64,000 bases of DNA from an uncultured Gammaproteobacteria bacterium (GCA_964640635.1 CAZXFD010000004.1:9262-73261); one strand, 5' to 3'. Counted from the first letter of the stretch, positions 10,089 to 20,200 are shown. Numbers and translations: made by a program. The notes: generated by a model from the letters alone, not told the origin.

Positions 10089-10878
10089 AAATAGACCAAA
10101 ACCAGTATGCTTGTTGATTATAGACGGACTACATCCAGATTTGTTATCGGGCGACGAATTTTTGGGAATAAAAAAACTTATAAACCAATTTCCATTTTCT
10201 ATTTTAAAATCAGGAGATAAAAATATAGATACCCCATGGAATGCATATATGGAGCTTGGTGCAGGAAGCAATAACTTTGATTTTGCATACAAGATAAATT
10301 ATTCTCTTCCACATGTGTTGTCAAATATGGGACTTAATCAATTGTATATATCAGACACAGAAAATTATGCAAACATAAGTTATTATTTTAATGGAAAGAA
10401 TAGAGCAGAAAATGAATTAATAAACAAAATTGAAATCAATTCTTGCGAACAAGATAATTATCAGGAATATTATGAGATTGTTATAAAGAAAATAAATTCT
10501 TGTATTATAAAATCAACAGAAAACAAAGATCATGATTTTATTTTGGCATCTTATCCAGCAATAGATGAAAGTTTTAAAAATGATCCAGATTTTTTAAAAA
10601 CGATAGACTCTAATTTTAAGAAATTAGCAGATATTGTCTTGGCTTATAATGGGTGTATTATTTTGAGTGCTAGTTCAAGTTTTGTAAGGGGAAACAATAT
10701 AGTTCCATTTTTAGCTATTTCTAAAAATTTAGAAAATAAAAGTTTTGTGGAGTATGATAATAGTAGGTCAATAGAAAAGCAAATTCCAAGTTCTTGGATT
10801 TATGATGTAACGCCTTCTATATTAAAAATAATGGGTTTAAATAAGCCCAATCAAATGATAGGAAATTCTTTTTTATAG
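10078..10878 (+). CDS. Degenerate iPGM-like paralog (266 aa, alkaline-phosphatase-superfamily N-terminal domain only, catalytic Ser motif lost).
   Basis: PVCLLIIDGLHPD and AYMELGAGSNNF parallel gpmI's LLILDGWG and GHMNIGAGRIV. However NSEAGH is replaced by DTPWNA and the protein is about half the length. It overlaps the gpmI stop by 11 nt. Confidence 0.5.
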   Translation: MENKNRPKPVCLLIIDGLHPDLLSGDEFLGIKKLINQFPFSILKSGDKNIDTPWNAYMELGAGSNNFDFAYKINYSLPHVLSNMGLNQLYISDTENYANISYYFNGKNRAENELINKIEINSCEQDNYQEYYEIVIKKINSCIIKSTENKDHDFILASYPAIDESFKNDPDFLKTIDSNFKKLADIVLAYNGCIILSASSSFVRGNNIVPFLAISKNLENKSFVEYDNSRSIEKQIPSSWIYDVTPSILKIMGLNKPNQMIGNSFL

Positions 10879-10879
10879 A

Positions 10880-10898
10880 TGAACAATTTATTTGTTCA
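10880..10898. terminator. Bidirectional hairpin between convergent genes.
   Basis: Stem tgaacaa/ttgttca with loop tttat; the stop codon of the minus-strand gene lies inside the stem. Confidence 0.4.
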
Positions 10899-11345
10899 GA
10901 GTATATAGAAAGATATTAAGGCTATTATTATTCCGATAAGTGAACCTACAAATATTTGAGGCGGTGTATGTGCAACTCTTTCATTCAATTCCCGATATTT
11001 ATATTCAAGTTCGTCAGGAAGATCTACTATTAATTTGTTTATTATTTTACTTTGTTCTGTGATATGACCTCTTAGACCCATAGCATCAACCATGACAATT
11101 ACTGCAAAGAAGAAGCTGATTGCAAATTCTACAGAATCAAAACTTTTTATAAGACCAATAATTGTTGCAAGCGACGATACTAGTGCGCTATGAGCAGACG
11201 GCATACCACCATATGCAAATAAATTTTTGAAAGACAACGTGCCATTTAATCTAGATATAAAAAGTTTAGCAACAAATTGCGTAAAAATAGCGGATATAAT
11301 TGGAATTATGATAAATTTATAATTCATATTATAATTATAATGCAA
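10896..11345 (-). CDS. Divergent PAP2 / DUF212 membrane protein (acid phosphatase / vanadium haloperoxidase-related).
   Basis: It carries the YGGMPSAHSALVSSLA motif characteristic of DUF212 and has about 3 TM helices. Confidence 0.65.
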   Translation of the reverse strand: MHYNYNMNYKFIIIPIISAIFTQFVAKLFISRLNGTLSFKNLFAYGGMPSAHSALVSSLATIIGLIKSFDSVEFAISFFFAVIVMVDAMGLRGHITEQSKIINKLIVDLPDELEYKYRELNERVAHTPPQIFVGSLIGIIIALISFYIL

Positions 11346-11362
11346 AAATTAATATAAAACAA

Positions 11363-12169
11363 ATGTTCACTCTACCTTTAAAAATAATAATATTTTCTTT
11401 TATTCAAGCATTGACAGAGTTTCTTCCCGTGTCATCTTCTGGGCACCTTATCATTTTGCATCAGCTAATAGATGACAATATTTTAAACAACATAACTTTT
11501 GATGTTGCTCTACATGGGGGAAGCTTATTGGCACTTATGGTGATTTTTTTTAGGGACATAAAAAGCATTATTAGTAATTCCGTAAGTTGTTTGCTAAGTA
11601 GGAAAAACCTTATTAAATCAAAAGACTTAGGGCTTATCATTTTTATAGCTATTATTCCAGCTGCTATTTCGGGATATTTTTTTGAAGATTATATAGGATA
11701 TGTTTTTAGAAACCCAGTTACAGTTGCTCTTGCTCTTATTTTTGGGTCAATTATTTTTGTATTTGCACAGGCGTATTCTAAAAACAGAAGAAATATAAAA
11801 GACATAGGAATTTTAGATGCTTTGTTTGTAGGTGTTATGCAGTGTTTGGCTTTGATTCCAGGAATTTCAAGAAGTGGCATAACAATATCATCTGCTATGA
11901 TGTTAAATATTTCAAAAATGGATGCAGCAAAGTTTTCTTTTCTACTGGCTATCCCTATTATATTTGGAGCTTTTATAAAAAAAATATTCGATATTTTACA
12001 ATCGAATTATGATTTTTCAGTATTGATTATAGGATTTATTTTTTCTTTTGTTTTTTCTATTATTGCAATTAGACTTTTGTTGAAATTGCTATCTACTAAG
12101 TATGGTTTATATCCATTTGTAATATATAGAATATTGCTTGCGATAACTATTTTAGTATTCTTTCTTTAA
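11363..12169 (+). CDS. uppP: Undecaprenyl-diphosphatase.
   Basis: ALTEFLPVSSSGHLII is the BacA/UppP signature; the protein is polytopic membrane. Confidence 0.9.
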   Translation: MFTLPLKIIIFSFIQALTEFLPVSSSGHLIILHQLIDDNILNNITFDVALHGGSLLALMVIFFRDIKSIISNSVSCLLSRKNLIKSKDLGLIIFIAIIPAAISGYFFEDYIGYVFRNPVTVALALIFGSIIFVFAQAYSKNRRNIKDIGILDALFVGVMQCLALIPGISRSGITISSAMMLNISKMDAAKFSFLLAIPIIFGAFIKKIFDILQSNYDFSVLIIGFIFSFVFSIIAIRLLLKLLSTKYGLYPFVIYRILLAITILVFFL

Positions 12170-12738
12170 ACCGTATTGAAGGATTTAATTTTTTTTGATA
12201 TATCGAGAATTTCTGAAATATGAGTGCCTATTGTAAGTTCTAGACTAAGAGGTAACTTATTAGATCTTCCGAATATTACAACAACCATAGTTTGGTTGTT
12301 TTTTTCGTTGAATCCAATACCAATTTCTGTAAAATTTTTATCTAGTATATTATCTCTATGGCTATTTGATTTCATCCAAGCTTTAAGTATGTCTTTTGAG
12401 TTGTGAAAATTCGTAGCTAAATTTTCACCTATTAGAGAATATTCATAGTTGCTTTCTTTTATCCAAGAGGAGAATTGTTTTCCATCGGGAGTGTTGTGGG
12501 CGAAATAATTATTTTCTAATAGATATATTGATTTATTTGTTGCGGCAGAGCTTAATCTTGTATTCAATATAAGTGGTTCAAGTCTTGAAGAGATTCTTTG
12601 CTCGTTGATGGAGAATAGAATTTCTTTTTCTGATATTCCACTTGCTACCACAGGAAGGGGGTTAGAGAATATAAAAAATTGTGAAGAGGCAATCACCAAG
12701 ATAAGAGATAATATATTTTTTGTTATAAACTTTTTCAT
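12166..12738 (-). CDS. Secreted CAP/SCP/PR-1 domain protein.
   Basis: It has a signal peptide, and YFAHNTPDG...GENLA...W..S..HRDN matches the CAP domain. Its 3' end overlaps uppP by 4 nt in convergent orientation. Confidence 0.7.
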   Translation of the reverse strand: MKKFITKNILSLILVIASSQFFIFSNPLPVVASGISEKEILFSINEQRISSRLEPLILNTRLSSAATNKSIYLLENNYFAHNTPDGKQFSSWIKESNYEYSLIGENLATNFHNSKDILKAWMKSNSHRDNILDKNFTEIGIGFNEKNNQTMVVVIFGRSNKLPLSLELTIGTHISEILDISKKIKSFNTV

Positions 12739-12920
12739 ATGTAATATAAATAAAAAATACTTTAGTAAAAACCAAAGTACTTAAAATAAATAAAAGATTG
12801 AACTATTTTTATTTTTTACTTAACTCTTTTAGAATTAAATATTTTTGTATTTTGATTTTTATTTTTAATAGCTTATTAAGCTATAAATTAAGTATATCAC
12901 ATATATAGCATAATGTCAAA

Positions 12921-13022
12921 CCCCCACCATTGAATTGGCTTATGATAAGTATTTATTATGCAAAATTATTAATTATGAATGATTGTTTGTTTATATATTA
13001 TACATAAATTCAATGGTGGGGG
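12921..13022. repeat. Long inverted repeat: 16-bp perfect arms (cccccaccattgaatt / aattcaatggtggggg) separated by a 70-nt AT-rich spacer.
   Basis: Read directly from the sequence. It lies in the 352-bp intergenic region upstream of the manC-like gene, and a GGTGGGGGTAGGG tract follows. Confidence 0.8.
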
Positions 13023-13090
13023 TAGGGTTTTTGGCTTAGATTAGTTATGATATAATTAAAATATCAACTGAATAATTAAAATATACTTAT

Positions 13091-14173
13091 ATGTACTTAG
13101 TAATTTTAGCAGGGGGGCATGGAACAAGGCTTTGGCCAGTATCTAGAAAAAATAGCCCCAAGCAATCAGAGTGCTTTTTTGATAAAAAAACACTTCTTCA
13201 ACTTACTTACGATAGAGCATTGAAAGGATTTAAAAAAGAAAATATTTTTATATCATGTGGTAGGAGTCAGTTTCCATTGTTATCGAAGCAACTTAAAAAT
13301 GTTAGTAAAGAAAATTTTATAATAGAGCCTGAAGCAAAAGGCACTGCAATGGCAATTGGTTTTGCGTGTATCAAATTATTAAAAAAAGATGAGAATGCTA
13401 CAATCGCAATAGCAAATTCAGATCATTTTATAAAACAAGAAAATGAATATTTGAGAATCTTGAGTTTAGCAAGTAAAGTCGTAGAAAAGAATCCAAAAAA
13501 ATTAATGCTTGTTGGAATAAAGCCACAGTATCCAGAAACAGGATATGGATATATTGAGTTAGGAAAATTATTCAGCAAAATAAAAAATGATTCTATTTAT
13601 AATATTATAAGATTTAAGGAGAAACCAGATTTAAAAACTGCAAAAAAATACCTAAGTAGCGGAAAGTTTTATTGGAATCCAGCATGGTTTGTTTTCAAAG
13701 CAAAGACAATGATTGATCTATTTGAAAAATATTTACCAAAACATTTTAATTCATTAGATGAGATTTATAAATCTTTAGATAAAAAAGATTTATCACTGAT
13801 TGAAAATAAATCGTTTTCAAAAGTAGAAAATATTTCAATAGATTATGGAATAATGGAAAAAACACACGACATGCTTCTTGTCCCAGCTAATATATCTTGG
13901 TATGACGTGGGTCATTGGAGAGCGGTTGGGGATTGTTTTATAGATAAAAATACTATTAATTTAGAAGAGGGCAAGACACTTGTTATAGAATCAAAAAATA
14001 ATTTAATTATAAATAAAAATAAAGATAAATTATTGACTGTTTTAGGGGTTGATAATTTGGTAGTGATTGATACAAAGGATGCTCTTTTTATATGTCCAAA
14101 AGACAAATCTCAAGAAGTAAAGAAAGTTATAGATCATTTAAAAAAAGATAAAAAATTATCAAAGTATTTATGA
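13091..14173 (+). CDS. Mannose-1-phosphate guanylyltransferase / sugar-nucleotidyltransferase.
   Basis: The N-terminal LILAGGHGTRLWPVSR is the NTP-transferase G-loop, and the ManC-like length fits. Confidence 0.75.
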   Translation: MYLVILAGGHGTRLWPVSRKNSPKQSECFFDKKTLLQLTYDRALKGFKKENIFISCGRSQFPLLSKQLKNVSKENFIIEPEAKGTAMAIGFACIKLLKKDENATIAIANSDHFIKQENEYLRILSLASKVVEKNPKKLMLVGIKPQYPETGYGYIELGKLFSKIKNDSIYNIIRFKEKPDLKTAKKYLSSGKFYWNPAWFVFKAKTMIDLFEKYLPKHFNSLDEIYKSLDKKDLSLIENKSFSKVENISIDYGIMEKTHDMLLVPANISWYDVGHWRAVGDCFIDKNTINLEEGKTLVIESKNNLIINKNKDKLLTVLGVDNLVVIDTKDALFICPKDKSQEVKKVIDHLKKDKKLSKYL

Positions 14174-15174
14174 TTTTTAAATATTTAAAATATGGATTAA
14201 TAGGATTGATATTTATTTTTATAGTATCAATATTGTTTTATTTTTATCAAATAAACATTCCAATATCAAAAGATTCTACGATGATTAACTTTGAAATCGC
14301 AAGTGGTGAATCTGCAAAACAAATAGCAACAAAATTGAAAAGGGCTAACATAATAAGAAATGTTTTTTGTATGAGAGTTTATTTTAAACTCAATAATTTA
14401 TCATCTAAGCTGATAGCGGACACTTTTAGCATTTCTTCTTCTATGAATATAAAAGAAATTAGCACTCTTTTGACAACGGGGATCAGAAGTGATATGAAAA
14501 TCACTTTAATAGAGGGGTGGAATTCGAAACAAATCGGGCAATATCTTGAAAAACAAAATATTTGTTCAAGTAGTGATTGGTTGTCTTTAATAGAAAAATA
14601 TGAAGGTGATTATATGTTTTTGAAAGACAAACCAAGAAATATGGATTTAGAAGGTTATCTTTTTCCAGACACATATGTAATTTATAAAAATGCAACTTGT
14701 GAGAATGTATTGAAAAAAATGTTGGATAATTTTGAGAATAAAATTGATGCAACAATGATGCAAAGTATCAAATCCCAGAATAAATCTTTGTTTGAAATTA
14801 TTACTATGGCATCAATCATAGAAAAAGAAGTAAGTAATGTTGAAGATATGAGGGTAGTGTCTGGGATTTTTTGGGATAGAATAAAAAATGGTCAAGCGCT
14901 TCAATCTTGTGCTACGCTAGCTTATATTTTAGGAGAAAATAAAGAACAATATTCTTATGCAGATACTCAAATTAACTCTTTTTATAATACTTATAGAAAC
15001 AAAGGTTTGACTCCAGGACCAATCGCTAATCCAGGATTAAATGCAATAAAGGCATCTATTTATCCAGAATATACAGATTACAATTATTTCTTAACAGATT
15101 TAGATACTGGAAAAACTATATTTAGTAAAACATTTGAGGAGCACATAAGCAATAAGGCTAAATACTTAGATTAA
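14170..15174 (+). CDS. mltG: Endolytic murein transglycosylase MltG (YceG family).
   Basis: It has an N-terminal TM helix and the YceG motif ...NTYRNKGLTPGPIANPG. Confidence 0.75.
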   Translation: MIFKYLKYGLIGLIFIFIVSILFYFYQINIPISKDSTMINFEIASGESAKQIATKLKRANIIRNVFCMRVYFKLNNLSSKLIADTFSISSSMNIKEISTLLTTGIRSDMKITLIEGWNSKQIGQYLEKQNICSSSDWLSLIEKYEGDYMFLKDKPRNMDLEGYLFPDTYVIYKNATCENVLKKMLDNFENKIDATMMQSIKSQNKSLFEIITMASIIEKEVSNVEDMRVVSGIFWDRIKNGQALQSCATLAYILGENKEQYSYADTQINSFYNTYRNKGLTPGPIANPGLNAIKASIYPEYTDYNYFLTDLDTGKTIFSKTFEEHISNKAKYLD

Positions 15175-15215
15175 CTTGATTTTGACCTATAAAGAGAGTA
15201 GTATGGATAAATATT

Positions 15216-16739
15216 ATGATAGACAAAATTTTAAAATTTTTCAAAGTAAAAGATCAGGACATGGTCAAAAAAGAAACCAGGTTTTATGAGATAATTCCTG
15301 GTCTTTTGATATGGGTGACACTTTTTGTTTGTATTTTTGTTTTATCTATCTTCAGACCTATTTGGGGTATATTTTTTATTATTATTTTAGATATATATTG
15401 GGTTATAAGAATATGGTATATGTTTGCATATTTACTTTCTTCTTGGATTAAATATATAAAGGCTAGTAAAGTAAATTGGGGTCAAAAACTCAACGAGATC
15501 AGTGGATGGGAAAATTATATTCAGCTTATTGCAATGCCTACATACAAAGAACCTTATGAAGTCATAAAACAAACATTTGATAAATTATTAGAAGTAAATT
15601 ATCCCAAAGATAAAATAATAATTACATTAGGAGGTGAAGAAAGAGATGAGAGTAATTTTTTGAAAATTGTAGAAAATATAAAGCGTGATTATGGTGGCAA
15701 GTTTCAAGATATTATTTTTACATTACACCCAAAAGATTTGAAAGGAGAAATCCCAGGAAAAGGATCTAATATGCATCACATGGGGAAAGAGATGACAAAA
15801 TATTTTGAAGAGAAAAATATTGATATATCTCGTGTGATTATTTCTATGTTTGATATAGAAACTTGGGCACATAGGGAATATTTTAATTGCTTGACTTATT
15901 ATTATCTTACAATAGAAAATCCAGAGCGTCATAGTTATCAACCCTTAGTATTGTTTAATAATAATGTTTGGCAATCAAATCCAATTGTCAGGGTCGTAGC
16001 TCACTCTACTACATTTTGGTTGCTTACAGATTTATCAAGGGCAGAAAGACTCTTTACTTTTTCATCTCACAGTATGAGTTTTAAAACATTGGTTGAGGTT
16101 GGATATCATCCAAAAGATATTGTAACAGAGGATACTCGTATATTTTTGCATTGCTTAAATCATTTTAACGGAGATTATGGGGTCTGTCCTATTTTTGTTC
16201 CAGTTTCAATGCAAACGGTGGATGTCGGTAACTTTTTTGAATCTTTAAAAAATCAGTATATTCAAATAAGACGTTGGGGTTGGGGCGTGGAGCATTTTCC
16301 TTGGATGATGATGAATCTTGTAAAGAATAAAAAGATATCTTGGAATAAAAAAATTAAGTATATATGGAATCAAAGTGAGGGGGTTTATACTTGGGCAACA
16401 CTTCCAATTCTGGTTACTATAATGGGGTATTTGCCTATAAAGATGGCTGATTTATCAATTCATTATAATGTACTTATTCATAACACTCCTTATTTACTTG
16501 AGAGAATAATGGGATTTGGTATGATAGGACTTTTTACAGCTTCTGCAATGAATTTGTTTTTCTTGCCAAAGAAACCAAAAAATATAAAGTCTATTAATTA
16601 TTTAATAGTTGTTGTGCAATGGGCACTATTTCCAATTACTATGATTTTGTTTGGTTCTATTCCATCACTAGAGGCTCAGACAAGATTAATGCTTGGTGGA
16701 AAATATAGATTAGGATTTCAGGTAACAAAAAAGACATAA
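15216..16739 (+). CDS. Membrane-embedded processive glycosyltransferase family 2 (cellulose/chitin-synthase-like).
   Basis: TM helices at both ends flank a GT-A domain (PTYKEP.., D-containing motifs) with a QxxRW motif (QIRRWGWG). Confidence 0.65.
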   Translation: MIDKILKFFKVKDQDMVKKETRFYEIIPGLLIWVTLFVCIFVLSIFRPIWGIFFIIILDIYWVIRIWYMFAYLLSSWIKYIKASKVNWGQKLNEISGWENYIQLIAMPTYKEPYEVIKQTFDKLLEVNYPKDKIIITLGGEERDESNFLKIVENIKRDYGGKFQDIIFTLHPKDLKGEIPGKGSNMHHMGKEMTKYFEEKNIDISRVIISMFDIETWAHREYFNCLTYYYLTIENPERHSYQPLVLFNNNVWQSNPIVRVVAHSTTFWLLTDLSRAERLFTFSSHSMSFKTLVEVGYHPKDIVTEDTRIFLHCLNHFNGDYGVCPIFVPVSMQTVDVGNFFESLKNQYIQIRRWGWGVEHFPWMMMNLVKNKKISWNKKIKYIWNQSEGVYTWATLPILVTIMGYLPIKMADLSIHYNVLIHNTPYLLERIMGFGMIGLFTASAMNLFFLPKKPKNIKSINYLIVVVQWALFPITMILFGSIPSLEAQTRLMLGGKYRLGFQVTKKT

Positions 16740-16777
16740 CGTGATGTCGATATATTATTGATATGAATAAAGATGTT

Positions 16778-17713
16778 TTATTTTAATATACTCCCAACAA
16801 AATCTTTATATCCATTTATAAAAGAATTTATATCAGTTTCTTTTTTTCCTTCAAGCTGAACTATTTGAGGGTAAAGTATTCCATTGCCACATTGAATGGC
16901 AATTTTTTTATCTATTAAAAATATTTCGCCAATTTTTTTATTGAGAGAAATATTTTCTGTATTAGCTGATTTTATTTTAAGTATTTGATTGTTGAATTTT
17001 GTAAAACTATTTGGCCATAGGTAATAAGCTTTTATTTGAGAGTTTATTTTCTCTACAGAATCATTCCAATTTATTAGCCCATCATTTTTTTCTATCATTT
17101 TGCTAAAAGTTGCAAGATTTTCATTTTGTTTTATCGGCGAAATTATATTATCAATATATTTTTGGATATTATTAAGTAATAATTTTTCACCTAATAAAAA
17201 TAATTTATTTGAAAGTGTTTCATAATTGTCGTGTGTGTCAATCATTATTTTTCCTTGAACAATTATATCTCCATTATCCATTCCTTTTTTAAGCAACATA
17301 ACAGTTACGCCGGTGTATTTTTCATTATTTAATAATGTGTATTGAATTGGAGAGGATCCGCGATAAAGTGGTAGTAGAGATGGATGAATATTGACTATGC
17401 CATGTGGAAAAATTTTAATAATACTCTCTGGAATCATTGCACCAAATGCTAATAAAATCCCAATATCAGGATTGAGGTTTTGGATAATTTTTAAATCTTC
17501 TTTTGATAATTTGTCTTTTTCTAATATTTTTATATTATATTTTTGAGCAACTATTTTTACGGGAGTAGAAATTGCCCTGTTGTGATCTCTCCCGGATTTT
17601 TTATCGGATTTTGTAATGACTAAAATAATATCAAAACTATTATCAATTAATGTTTGAAGTAGGTGTGCAGAATTTTTATCAGAACCAAAAAATATTATTT
17701 TGTTATTTTTCAT
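16778..17713 (-). CDS. fmt: Methionyl-tRNA formyltransferase.
   Basis: KIIFFGSD.. N-terminus, formyltransferase core HPSLLPLYRG. It sits immediately downstream of def with an 11-nt overlap. Confidence 0.85.
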   Translation of the reverse strand: MKNNKIIFFGSDKNSAHLLQTLIDNSFDIILVITKSDKKSGRDHNRAISTPVKIVAQKYNIKILEKDKLSKEDLKIIQNLNPDIGILLAFGAMIPESIIKIFPHGIVNIHPSLLPLYRGSSPIQYTLLNNEKYTGVTVMLLKKGMDNGDIIVQGKIMIDTHDNYETLSNKLFLLGEKLLLNNIQKYIDNIISPIKQNENLATFSKMIEKNDGLINWNDSVEKINSQIKAYYLWPNSFTKFNNQILKIKSANTENISLNKKIGEIFLIDKKIAIQCGNGILYPQIVQLEGKKETDINSFINGYKDFVGSILK

Positions 17714-18200
17714 TTTCTTTTGCTATCTTTTTTAGTTCTTCTAGTTTTTCACGACCGCCAGTGAATTTTTTTATTTTATCTATAAATAAGACGCCATTTA
17801 GATGATCTGTTTCGTGTTGTAAAACCACAGAAAGTAATCCAAGTGCCTGTATTTGTTTTGTTTTGCCATCTACATCTTCATACTCAAGAGTTATTTTTTT
17901 GTGACGTCTGACATTTCCATATACTTTAGGGAAAGAAAGACAGCCTTCTTCGGAGCTTGGTTTTAGAAGTGATTTTTTTATTATTCGAGGATTAAAAAAT
18001 GCGATAGGTCCATGTTTTGTATTGGCTAGAAAAACTCTTATTTCTGAATTTACTTGATTTGCCGCGAGTCCAACACCATCTTCCTTTAGCATAAGATCTG
18101 ACATGTTTTTAATAAATTTTTTGAGTTTAGGTTGATTGAAATCAGTAAATTTTGCTAATTTTTTTCGAAGTATTATATTTGGGTAAGTAATTATATGCAT
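17703..18200 (-). CDS. def: Peptide deformylase.
   Basis: All three PDF motifs are present: GVGLAANQV, EGCLSFP and HETDHLNG. Confidence 0.9.
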   Translation of the reverse strand: MHIITYPNIILRKKLAKFTDFNQPKLKKFIKNMSDLMLKEDGVGLAANQVNSEIRVFLANTKHGPIAFFNPRIIKKSLLKPSSEEGCLSFPKVYGNVRRHKKITLEYEDVDGKTKQIQALGLLSVVLQHETDHLNGVLFIDKIKKFTGGREKLEELKKIAKENEK

Positions 18201-18259
18201 AATGGTATTTAGTTTTTTCCGCCAGAGGCGGATCAGCCTTTGGCTGAAGTATTTAGTAT

Positions 18260-20134
18260 TTAGAGTTTGAAGTAGTTTTTTTCTATTATATCAATGTTTT
18301 CTAATATATTTTTTATATTATTTATATCAGAATCATTTTTATATTTTATTGTAATATATCTGAAAAAGAAGGATCTAATTTTATTTACAGAGGGTTTTAT
18401 TATTTGGATATCAATACTTCTAAGTGTATTTTGTCTTAATTTATCATACAATTTAGAGACGTTTTTATCAAGCTCAGTCTCGTTTGTATTTTTTATTGTA
18501 AGTTTGAGTATATTAGAAAACGGAGGATAATGAAATAACTTTCTATTTAATAGTTCTTCTTCTATCATTTTGAAATAATCAAAATTATAAATATGGTAAT
18601 AAATTTTTGATTCCCCAGGAATTTGGAAGATAATTTTTTTTGGAGAAAGCGATAATAATTTTGATGACAATTTAAATAAGTCTTCGTTTGAATCAAAACT
18701 ATTATTTAGAAATTGATAAGAAAATGGTAAGACTATGAGATCAAATTCTTTTTCTTGTATATAGTCAATAATAAGTCTCGTTGCTATTATTATGTTGTTG
18801 TTTTTCGTTTGATTTATGTTTTCTAGATTATCCTTATCTATAATAATTATTTTTTGTTTGTTGTATAGTTTTTTTATGATTTCTCTAAATTGTTCAGTTC
18901 CTATGCCACGGTTGTCTAGACTTGTAGATGAACATTTTGGACATTGTAATAAAATCTCATATTTTTTTTGACAGTTATAACAATATAGGCTTTCATGGTT
19001 GTCATGTTTTCTGAGTGTAAGAACACTTCTACAATCCTTGCATTTTAATACAAATCCACAGTCTTTGCATTTTATATTCCTACTGTATCCTTTTTTGTTT
19101 AGCAAAAATAAAATTTTTCCATTTTTTTCTAATGTATTTTTGATTTCTTCTTCGCAAGTATAATGTATTTGATTTTCAAAATATTTCACACTCATGTCAA
19201 GAAGTAAAATTTCAGATGTTATTTTTTCACTACTTTGAAATAATTTTATTTGTTTTGTTTTCGCAAGATTGTAAAGGTATGAATTGGGGCAATATGATGT
19301 AAATATTATTTGAACTTTGTTTATTTTTGATAGCTCTAGTGTATTTGGTAAAAACTCAAAGCGAGGATTAGTATCTATTTGATTTAGGTTTTCATTTTCA
19401 GATTCATCTATAATAACTGATTCTGTATGCTCTTGTGGGTAGAAAATTGATATTTTTGTCCCCACGATAAATTTTATGTTATTGTCTTTAATTGAATTCC
19501 AAATTTCATTGTGTTTGAATTTTGATAAATTAGTATTGCCCGTGATAATTCTATAATCTTTGTCGTTATAAAAATTAAGAAGCGAGGAGACTATTTTTTC
19601 AATATGGCTTTTGGTAGGACAGATTATAAATGTGATTTTTTTATTTTTAGAATTTTTATCAATAATATTTTTTATAAGAGATATTTTTTCGTTATATAAA
19701 TTATGTTTGAAAATAAATGAATCGGACATTAAAATAGAAGAGTTTATTTTTTTTAGTTTTATTGGAGTTTTCTTAATAAAGAATTTTTCCTCTTTTTCTT
19801 TTCTTTTATTTTTCATTGGAAGAGGGACAATGTTGTCTAAAAAATTAAGTGAAGAAAAATTATAATCACAAAACCAGTTGTAAAACTTTATTTGACTTTC
19901 TGAAATTATAGGGTTGATGTTTGCAATTTTTGTAATATCTTTAATCGTATTTGGCTTTAAATTGCTAGTATTTTTAATATCAAAAATAAGTCCCATTTTT
20001 GATGAGCTTCTAAAAGGAATCTCTATTAATTGACCTATTTTGATGTTTGCGGATAAAGAGTCGGGAATTCTGTAATCTAGCAAATTTAGGCCCTTTTTGA
20101 GCTTTATAAGGGGTTTTATGAGGGCATATGACAT
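18260..20134 (-). CDS. priA: Primosomal protein N' (PriA helicase).
   Basis: It has a PriA-type N-terminus and the double Cys4 zinc-binding insert (CKDCG..CKDCRS...CYNCQ..CPKCS). The conserved priA-def-fmt order is kept. The Walker motifs look divergent. Confidence 0.7.
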   Translation of the reverse strand: MSYALIKPLIKLKKGLNLLDYRIPDSLSANIKIGQLIEIPFRSSSKMGLIFDIKNTSNLKPNTIKDITKIANINPIISESQIKFYNWFCDYNFSSLNFLDNIVPLPMKNKRKEKEEKFFIKKTPIKLKKINSSILMSDSFIFKHNLYNEKISLIKNIIDKNSKNKKITFIICPTKSHIEKIVSSLLNFYNDKDYRIITGNTNLSKFKHNEIWNSIKDNNIKFIVGTKISIFYPQEHTESVIIDESENENLNQIDTNPRFEFLPNTLELSKINKVQIIFTSYCPNSYLYNLAKTKQIKLFQSSEKITSEILLLDMSVKYFENQIHYTCEEEIKNTLEKNGKILFLLNKKGYSRNIKCKDCGFVLKCKDCRSVLTLRKHDNHESLYCYNCQKKYEILLQCPKCSSTSLDNRGIGTEQFREIIKKLYNKQKIIIIDKDNLENINQTKNNNIIIATRLIIDYIQEKEFDLIVLPFSYQFLNNSFDSNEDLFKLSSKLLSLSPKKIIFQIPGESKIYYHIYNFDYFKMIEEELLNRKLFHYPPFSNILKLTIKNTNETELDKNVSKLYDKLRQNTLRSIDIQIIKPSVNKIRSFFFRYITIKYKNDSDINNIKNILENIDIIEKNYFKL

Positions 20135-20200
20135 AAGTTAAGTATAAAGTATAAAGACAAAAGTGTGAAGGCGAAAGTCGCAAGACTTTTAATTAAAAAA

